Source of the DNA: a virus
Lineage: Duplodnaviria; Caudoviricetes
DNA: 43,924 bases
IMG/VR virus record: IMGVR_UViG_3300017769_000025
Location: 1-43,924 of that record
Reading direction: 5' to 3' (one strand)
The position numbers were made by a program, and so were the translations under genes. The notes below the pieces were generated by a model, which saw only the letters and a program-made list of their open reading frames with translations, did no database searches and was not told the origin of the DNA. Numbering within the stretch: the first letter of the stretch is position 1; each line of letters begins with the position of its first letter. Shown here piece after piece: positions 37,597 through 43,924 of this stretch.

Positions 37597-39449
37597 TATC
37601 TTGCTCTTCTATTTCCTGCCTGAACTCTACTATAAATCGTTCTTGGCACTGGAGGGTTATCAAAGTAAACTGATAATGAAGCCATTTCTCCAATTGCTGG
37701 CTCATCCTTTACTAGTTCTCCATCTCTATCTTCCCATCCGCCTCTAAATACCGCTACTTCTTGTTTATCTAAAATAATATCCCCATATTTATCAAGTCCT
37801 ATTTTATTATACCAATCTTTTATAGCCTGCTCGCCAGTCACTGGTACTAATAATTCAGGATTATCCAATATTACTTTCTTAGTTTCTTCAGTTCTCTTAA
37901 AAAATACAAGTCTTTTTTGATCTCCATCTGCTCCTTCTAATTCTGGAGTTGATGGTGTTACAGTAACTTGATTATAAGTATAATATCCATCTTTTCTTGC
38001 TTGCTCTTCAATACTTGACACAAATTGTACATTTACTGCATCTACGCCTTCAATACCTTCTATAATTGCAATAATATCACTCTTAGGTAATTTGTCTCTA
38101 CGTACAATTTTTATTAAATATTTTGAAATAGCCGCTCTAATGTCATTAAAAATATCTTGTTGCTTAAAGCCTTCAAACCATCTAACAGAAACGTCCATTC
38201 TATATTTAACAGCTTCTGGCTCTACAAAGATTGCTTCACTTGTAACCATTTGCTGACCACTATCTTCAATTACACCAAGCATTCTATCAGTCTCATCTTT
38301 TCCAAAGAAAAACTCACTTTCATCAACTGAAAAATAGTCAGTTCCACTTAATAATCTTTTCTCTAAATTTGGAATTGCAAAAATATAAATTACATTATCA
38401 TCGTCTAAATACCCATCGCTTGTAGTATTGTATGCATCTAAATAACTAAATTGTGCATATCTACTTAAAAAATATTCATAGGCGTCTGGGTTTGCAAGTA
38501 CAAAACTTTTACTTGCTAATGGTGCCATTAACTTTGTAAATTCAGGCGTTTCAGGATTTGCACCCATAAACGGAGCTGTAGAAGTTTCAGTCTCTAATAA
38601 TTCATTTAAATCATGGGTATCTCCTGTTGAGTCTTTACCTTCACCGATCCATTTAAATGTTAAGTCTCCGGCTTGATTTAAGTTACCTTCTGCACCGTCA
38701 CATTTGATATATTCAACCTCAATTGCAGCACCATTTGCTGGTACAATTCCAAAATTACCGGTTCCAAAATAAATGTCTAAACCACCACTAATTCCAGTCT
38801 TTACTAAATAGCCTTTATCACTTGCTAACATTTCATACAATGAATTAAACTTAGTCCATTGTTCACCATTGACGCTAACCTTTACTAAATTATGATCTGT
38901 AGTACCCTTTGTTTGTATATTAAAACTTTGCATACTTTCCCCATTACTTGTAAGGCTTTGCAATTCAAGAGTTCCTTGTATAATATTTGCTCTAACCCAA
39001 TCATTACTGCTTTTTGGTAATAAAAACTCATCTTTATCAGTTCTTAAAAAATAAGTTAAACCATTATTGTCATACGTTATTTCTGTATTCGGATCAATAA
39101 TTAAATTACCACCTGCAACATCGTCACCTGCACCTGGCTTCCATCTAAAACGGATTTCACCAGTTGCTGCAAAGCCTCTAGTTGCATCATGTCCAGCAAG
39201 TCTTGCAAGTCCATGAATTGATTCAGGCTGTTGAGCTGTATAAATATTCTGTTCAACAGTAGAGTCCTCTATATAGAACAAGAGCATCTCATTCATTTCG
39301 GCCATTACCTCAAGGATTTGAGAAAATGGACTTGCCGTTGTAAAATAATTTCCGGCTTTCTTATAAACTCTACTTAAATAAGACCTTGTGTCAGATACAA
39401 TGTCTCCCGCAGTAGCTCTAGCCTTATCTAAAAATTTAAAATCTGCCAT
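37596..39449 (-). CDS. gp6: Baseplate wedge subunit (T4 gp6 / baseplate J-like)
   Basis: TAQQPESIHGLARLAGH, IYFGTGNFGIVP, VEYIKCDGAEGN, GANPET and IEGIEGV motifs; directly after gp25. Confidence 0.85.
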   Translation of the reverse strand: MADFKFLDKARATAGDIVSDTRSYLSRVYKKAGNYFTTASPFSQILEVMAEMNEMLLFYIEDSTVEQNIYTAQQPESIHGLARLAGHDATRGFAATGEIRFRWKPGAGDDVAGGNLIIDPNTEITYDNNGLTYFLRTDKDEFLLPKSSNDWVRANIIQGTLELQSLTSNGESMQSFNIQTKGTTDHNLVKVSVNGEQWTKFNSLYEMLASDKGYLVKTGISGGLDIYFGTGNFGIVPANGAAIEVEYIKCDGAEGNLNQAGDLTFKWIGEGKDSTGDTHDLNELLETETSTAPFMGANPETPEFTKLMAPLASKSFVLANPDAYEYFLSRYAQFSYLDAYNTTSDGYLDDDNVIYIFAIPNLEKRLLSGTDYFSVDESEFFFGKDETDRMLGVIEDSGQQMVTSEAIFVEPEAVKYRMDVSVRWFEGFKQQDIFNDIRAAISKYLIKIVRRDKLPKSDIIAIIEGIEGVDAVNVQFVSSIEEQARKDGYYTYNQVTVTPSTPELEGADGDQKRLVFFKRTEETKKVILDNPELLVPVTGEQAIKDWYNKIGLDKYGDIILDKQEVAVFRGGWEDRDGELVKDEPAIGEMASLSVYFDNPPVPRTIYSRVQAGNRRAR

Positions 39450-39460
39450 TCTTTAATCTT

Positions 39461-39817
39461 TTAATTTACATAAACACCAACTAAATATTTAGTGTCTACT
39501 TCTATGTTTATTTGAGCAATATCTCTAACTTCTCCTCTTGTAAATTCAACATCGACTTTAGTGCCATATTTATTCGCAAGTGGACAATATATTTCTATTT
39601 GATCTTCTATTGCTTTTTTAACTTCAAATTCATTAAAATTAAAACTGTATATCATTTTTTCAAGGTCTGCTCCAAATTCACTCTGTCCTAAAACATCTCC
39701 TTTATTTGTAAAAAGAAGAGTTTCAATTTGAATTAAAAGTTGACTTAATTCATTTTCAACATCAACCCCTGTTTCATCAAAGTTTGGATCACCTATTGTT
39801 TTTATATACAGTTCCAT
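39461..39817 (-). CDS. gp25: Baseplate wedge / sheath initiator (gp25-like)
   Basis: IETLLFTNKGDVLGQSEFGADL is the typical gp25 motif; 118 aa. Confidence 0.85.
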   Translation of the reverse strand: MELYIKTIGDPNFDETGVDVENELSQLLIQIETLLFTNKGDVLGQSEFGADLEKMIYSFNFNEFEVKKAIEDQIEIYCPLANKYGTKVDVEFTRGEVRDIAQINIEVDTKYLVGVYVN

Positions 39818-39836
39818 TAATTATTTATCTGTTTTT

Positions 39837-40682
39837 TTATGAGTGCATCATCCAATCTACACCTTCATCTCCTTTAATCTCTTCAAGTACTCTGTCCATT
39901 TCCTCATCTCCCATAGATTTAATACCATCATAGTCAATCTCTACACCACCTGGTAAAGAAAATTTAAAGACTCCTAATTTAGCACCAACTGCTTGTTTTA
40001 CTTTGGCTGAAACATATCTAAAAAATATTTCATCATTATATAGTGCACAGTTCTCAATACTTTCATAACACTCAATAATTACATCACCCTTTGGTGTATC
40101 TCCCATAAATTTAAGCTGACCTGTTAATTGTGAGTAACTAAAACTTAAAGGATTCTCTAGGATTTGGCGAGCCATGTCAAAATAACTTTGATTAATTACA
40201 TAATATTGAAGTTCTTCTGCAGATTCAGCAGCTCCTGTTCCTGCAAATGAATTGCTAAAAAACATTTTTTCAATATTAAAATCTGCACCACTACTAAATC
40301 TTAAATCTAAACCACTACCACCTGTGTTCCAGCCAGATGCAAGATCATATACTCCATATATTGAAAATACTTCGCCAGCACCGGACGTTGCATTTTCTTT
40401 AGGAAAGTTTAAAGTTCTAGTTGTCTTAAAACTTTGGCTACTAAATACACTGTTTGGAACATGGAAATAGTTTTCCCTAAGACTATATTCGTAATTTTTT
40501 CTAAACCATTTAACGGCTCTTTTTATAATGTTTATTATTTCAGCTTGTGGCAAATTAAGAGGTATCATACATGCACCTGTTATTTCTGAACCAATTTCAT
40601 TTAAGAATTCAGTTAAACAATCAGTACCATAATCTCTACCTTGACTTAAATCTACATTATCGCCGCTTCTAATATCACTCAT
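39837..40682 (-). CDS. gp13: Neck (head completion) protein, gp13-like
   Basis: C-terminal RYVSAKVKQAVGAKLGVFKFSLPGGVEIDYDGI..G.EE matches the gp13 motif. Confidence 0.8.
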   Translation of the reverse strand: MSDIRSGDNVDLSQGRDYGTDCLTEFLNEIGSEITGACMIPLNLPQAEIINIIKRAVKWFRKNYEYSLRENYFHVPNSVFSSQSFKTTRTLNFPKENATSGAGEVFSIYGVYDLASGWNTGGSGLDLRFSSGADFNIEKMFFSNSFAGTGAAESAEELQYYVINQSYFDMARQILENPLSFSYSQLTGQLKFMGDTPKGDVIIECYESIENCALYNDEIFFRYVSAKVKQAVGAKLGVFKFSLPGGVEIDYDGIKSMGDEEMDRVLEEIKGDEGVDWMMHS

Positions 40683-40684
40683 TT

Positions 40685-41998
40685 TTAATTAATTTTTTTA
40701 CTTGTTATTATTTCAGTATTATCAAATTCAGCCTCCTTACTTATTTGACCATGTCTAAATATTCCACCAATCATTTTACCTTTAAATACAGAATCCCACT
40801 GAAACACATAACTATTTTTAACTTCACATGTTTGATTAACATAGCATGATTCTATTTTACTACCTTCAACTGACGTTCCTTGATATAAATTACATCTTAA
40901 TAAAGTAGCGCTGTTAATTTGACTTCTAAAAAGGTCACAAAAACTTAATGAACCTGCAATTTCGCAGTCTATAAAATCATAATTGCTTAATTCAAAACAA
41001 TATGGTAATTTACCATCCCTTACTTGCACTCTACTAATATCACTATCATAATTAATGTCTCCTTTTTCTAATCCTCCATGACTAATTAATTGCACAACCT
41101 CCATTAATATTTTTGGCCAATACATATCAATTATTTTTTCATCTTCTTTTAAATCAACATATAAATTAATTTCAGGATAATAAACCTTTAACTTTTTCCA
41201 ATCTTTTAATATTTCAGTAAACTTATGGTTCCTATTAAGAATTTTTTTAAGTTCTATATAGTTTAAATCAGTATATTTAGTTTGATTAGCAATTGACCAA
41301 AGTTGTAATAAGAAACGATCTAGTAAATATAATATATTAGTAGTTTTCTTTTCATAGTCTTTACCACCAATATATCTAAACTCTAAATAACCTTGTTTTA
41401 ATTTTTCAAAGTTAACTCCATAATATTTTTCTTTAGGAAAATGAAAAACGTGGCCATTAATATTTTGACCATCATAATAATTATAATCAATTTTAGGCAT
41501 TATCCATTTTACAGACTTTGCATATACACTATTTTCTCTATTTGGAAATAGTTTATAAACCTCAGTTTCATTAAAACCTAAAACAAATTTAAGAGAATCC
41601 ATTTTAGAAATTAAATTAGGTTTACCGGTTTTTTTAGAATTAAAGCTTAAGTTTAAGTGAATTGAACATTTGTCAGTAGTGTAACCGTTTTCTTGAATCC
41701 AAGCCAATACTTTTAGTATAGTATTTCTTGCAATATTGTATGGAATAGGAGCAGTAATAAGCTCTATAAGCCCTTTACCTCCACTCATATCTGGTTCTAA
41801 TTTATATTCATCTTTAGTCGGTACAAAGTCACTATGTGCTTTACCCTCTAATCTGATTTTTTTACTTAATAAAGTAGAAATTTCACTTCTAACATCTTCA
41901 AGCTCTTTGTCAGAATAAAACTCAAATTCTATTCCGACAAGAGAGTCTTGTAAAATGTTTTCTTTACTTTTATGTTTTGTAATTTGATACGTTAGCAT
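40685..41998 (-). CDS. Putative amidoligase (COOH-NH2 ligase, glutamine synthetase fold) with C-terminal beta-solenoid repeats
   Basis: VGIEFEF, EPDMSG, IELIT, SIHLNLS, KYYGVNF and LEFRYIGG motifs. Confidence 0.8.
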   Translation of the reverse strand: MLTYQITKHKSKENILQDSLVGIEFEFYSDKELEDVRSEISTLLSKKIRLEGKAHSDFVPTKDEYKLEPDMSGGKGLIELITAPIPYNIARNTILKVLAWIQENGYTTDKCSIHLNLSFNSKKTGKPNLISKMDSLKFVLGFNETEVYKLFPNRENSVYAKSVKWIMPKIDYNYYDGQNINGHVFHFPKEKYYGVNFEKLKQGYLEFRYIGGKDYEKKTTNILYLLDRFLLQLWSIANQTKYTDLNYIELKKILNRNHKFTEILKDWKKLKVYYPEINLYVDLKEDEKIIDMYWPKILMEVVQLISHGGLEKGDINYDSDISRVQVRDGKLPYCFELSNYDFIDCEIAGSLSFCDLFRSQINSATLLRCNLYQGTSVEGSKIESCYVNQTCEVKNSYVFQWDSVFKGKMIGGIFRHGQISKEAEFDNTEIITSKKIN

Positions 41999-42020
41999 GC
42001 AATATTAAATAATTATTTAT

Positions 42021-42029
42021 TTATATATC
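42021..42029 (-). promoter_or_regulatory. Putative late promoter GATATATAA
   Basis: Exact motif upstream of the amidoligase gene. Confidence 0.6.
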
Positions 42030-42049
42030 ACATTTATTTATTACCTAAC

Positions 42050-43249
42050 TTATTCCTTAGGTAACTTTAAGAATATTTTCTTAGTATCTTCTTCAATTTT
42101 CGTAATTAATACCTTAATACTTTGTTTAGGCTTATATTCTTTTATTTTATCTTCACCTATTTCACTAACATGTAATAGTCCTACAACTCCAGCTTCTAAT
42201 TCAACAAATAACCCATAATCTTTACATGTTTTTATAGTAGCATCAACTTCAGAAGGTACTTTATATTTTTTATTAATTTCTAACCATGGATTCATTTCCA
42301 CATCATCTCTTTGAGTTAATGTAATTTTAGAGTTTGAAATAATATCTTTAACCTTAAATTTAATTTCTTCTCCAGGCTGAATTTCTCTTTTCTTATGTCT
42401 AACTAAAGCGTCACCGTTTAAATCATTAACATGAATCATACCAGTTAAACATCGTGAGAATTCACAGAAAACTCCATATTTTGCAGAGCCAGTAACAGTT
42501 CCAGTTATTTCTTCCATTAAATTTTCTTTAAGGTTTTCAATAGCATCTGGAATTAATGTTTTAAGATAGGCTCTATGAGAAACAACCATTGTTCTTCTTT
42601 CTTTAGAAAAACTAACAGGTACAACATATATTTCTTCACCAACTACACTTTCAAAATCATGAAGCTTATTAATACCTGCTAAGCTACCTGGCATAAAACA
42701 GTCAATGCCATTAACACTAATCATATAACCAGCATCTTCTAACATTCTTTTAACCTTTCCTACCCAAGCAGTACTTTGATCTTCGATAGCTTCTAACATT
42801 TCTTGGAAAGTAGCTCTTTTAGTTCCTTCACTAACACTACCCATTATTGGCTTTTTATCATCATTTAACGGAGAAGTAATTATTACACTTACCTCTTCTC
42901 CAGGTTGAATGTTTTTAAATTCACCTTCTTCTTTAGCAAGATTTACATAAACTAATTGTCTATAGCCAATATCTACACTCGCCGTTTCTTCAGTAATTGC
43001 AAACACTTTACCTTTGTATGCAGATCCATATTTAATATGAGTAATAATGTCATTTTCTTCAATATGACCTACCATTCTATTATACATATCTTGAGCATAT
43101 GGCTCTCTACTATATACTTTGTGTTTATCGTTTACTACTTTTATGTGTGGGTTTGGGGTTCTTAAAACTTTTGGACACGTTGACTCATATCCATCCCAAT
43201 CGAAATTGCCGTCTTTGTCAAACCATTCGGCATTTTGTTTTTCTATCAT
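42050..43249 (-). CDS. rpsA: Ribosomal protein bS1-like protein (four S1 domains)
   Basis: S1 repeats: VDIGY; GIDCFMPGS...VVSHRAYL; YGVFCEF..LTGMIHVNDL; YGLFVELEAGVVGLLHVSEI...KKIFL. Confidence 0.85.
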   Translation of the reverse strand: MIEKQNAEWFDKDGNFDWDGYESTCPKVLRTPNPHIKVVNDKHKVYSREPYAQDMYNRMVGHIEENDIITHIKYGSAYKGKVFAITEETASVDIGYRQLVYVNLAKEEGEFKNIQPGEEVSVIITSPLNDDKKPIMGSVSEGTKRATFQEMLEAIEDQSTAWVGKVKRMLEDAGYMISVNGIDCFMPGSLAGINKLHDFESVVGEEIYVVPVSFSKERRTMVVSHRAYLKTLIPDAIENLKENLMEEITGTVTGSAKYGVFCEFSRCLTGMIHVNDLNGDALVRHKKREIQPGEEIKFKVKDIISNSKITLTQRDDVEMNPWLEINKKYKVPSEVDATIKTCKDYGLFVELEAGVVGLLHVSEIGEDKIKEYKPKQSIKVLITKIEEDTKKIFLKLPKE

Positions 43250-43280
43250 TTTATTTTTTTTAAAGGTTAAAACTTATGAA

Positions 43281-43289
43281 TTATATATC
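43281..43289 (-). promoter_or_regulatory. Putative late promoter GATATATAA
   Basis: Exact motif upstream of the S1 gene. Confidence 0.6.
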
Positions 43290-43296
43290 TATTAAA

Positions 43297-43818
43297 TTAT
43301 TCTATCTTGACCGCACTTGGTTGAATATCAGTACCTGATTTATATGCAGCAGCCACATATGTTATAGTGGTTCCAGCTACTACCTGATCTAATGTTGCTC
43401 CAGGATGTACTGTTATTGTAATATCGGCTTTTTTAATCTGTTCATTAATTTCATGGGCTAAATCTGCAACAACATCTTTTTCTAACCAGTCTATTATATT
43501 TTTAGAAATTTCTGCTGACATTTGTCTTGAGAACTCTCTCCACATTTCTTTTTTAACCTTATTCATATCTTCCCCAGGCGCAGGTCTATTTGCAAGTACA
43601 TAATCATCTACACTTTTTAATGCACTGTATATACCTCCCATTGGAGTTATTAATTGATCAGCCTCATATTCTACTTTAGTATCAGTTGGTGAAAACTCAT
43701 CTCTTCTAATGTTTAATGGATTTCCTCCTTCTAATCTTTTTCTAAGCAGTCCTCTTTTTATAATACTTCCGAATACTGTTTTTAATTTATTTTCTAATAC
43801 GTCGTCTTCTAATGCCAT
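43297..43818 (-). CDS. Hypothetical protein, probably spike-associated
   Basis: 173-aa ORF starting 1 nt after the spike gene stop. Confidence 0.6.
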   Translation of the reverse strand: MALEDDVLENKLKTVFGSIIKRGLLRKRLEGGNPLNIRRDEFSPTDTKVEYEADQLITPMGGIYSALKSVDDYVLANRPAPGEDMNKVKKEMWREFSRQMSAEISKNIIDWLEKDVVADLAHEINEQIKKADITITVHPGATLDQVVAGTTITYVAAAYKSGTDIQPSAVKIE

Positions 43819-43819
43819 T

Positions 43820-43924
43820 TTATTCTGTTTTACTAATTTTACTTAATTCTGTTCCTGATAGAGGTACAGTTGGTGGTGTTGTAGGAAGTCCTAGATTTCC
43901 AAGGTGTGTATGTGTATTAAATAA
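43820..43924 (-). CDS. Partial CDS (3' end): baseplate central spike (gp5/gpV-like) apex
   Basis: Hand translation LFNTHTHLGNLGLPTTPPTVPLSGTELSKLVKTE*; HxH metal-binding apex motif as in P2 gpV-type spikes. Confidence 0.7.
   Translation of the reverse strand, partial: LFNTHTHLGNLGLPTTPPTVPLSGTELSKISKTE

Noticed and set aside
1667-43165. All plus-strand ORFs of 60-159 aa in the ORF track, and the nested minus-strand ORF 23011..23211
   Set aside because: They lie within or opposite long, motif-bearing minus-strand genes and have the Phe/Ser/Leu-rich composition typical of shadow frames.
1-43924. Stop-codon reassignment (TAG or TGA recoding), as in some large phages
   Set aside because: Genes are intact and densely packed under the standard code, and TAG (1615, 28397) and TGA (14807, 17148) end genes at sensible positions.
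1-43924. tRNA, rRNA, integrase or transposase genes
   Set aside because: Intergenic gaps are short and show no cloverleaf or T-loop signatures, and no recombinase motifs were recognised.

Overview
An AT-rich fragment of a large myovirus (jumbo phage) genome, distantly T4-like. All credible genes lie on the minus strand, the standard code fits, and A-rich leaders without Shine-Dalgarno sites suggest a Bacteroidota host (inference). Transcription runs right to left through three regions. (1) A structural block (~18.2-43.9 kb): end of a spike gene, a multi-S1 (ribosomal bS1-like) protein, an amidoligase, gp13 neck, gp25, gp6 and other baseplate proteins, a collagen fibre, a spanin-like protein and a gp3-like protein. 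(2) A replication block (12.6-17.8 kb): RuvC-like resolvase, gp32 SSB with a repeat-rich leader, primase, UvsY-like and UvsW, plus a divergent promoter pair and a putative structured small RNA. (3) A ~12.4 kb cluster (0.2-12.6 kb) whose proteins mostly carry a T4 internal-protein-type capsid-targeting leader (Mxx(I)xxFxxF(I/L)NE) and [ILV]-x-E prohead-protease-like sites. The best candidate for an undescribed system is in region 3: a 1170-aa polyprotein of about 11 unrelated modules separated by protease-like linkers. Three modules are bracketed by exact in-frame 17-22 bp direct repeats, suggesting a shufflable array of capsid-packaged, injected effectors. Its neighbours include two RNA-ligase-fold proteins (one fused to an NMNAT-like domain), a PD-(D/E)xK-like nuclease and an HExxH peptidase. 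Three promoter classes are visible: GATA(T/A)ATA(A/T), TGAAAC-N15/16-TATATAA, and one Bacteroidota-host-like promoter. All family calls come from motif recognition only; no searches were run.
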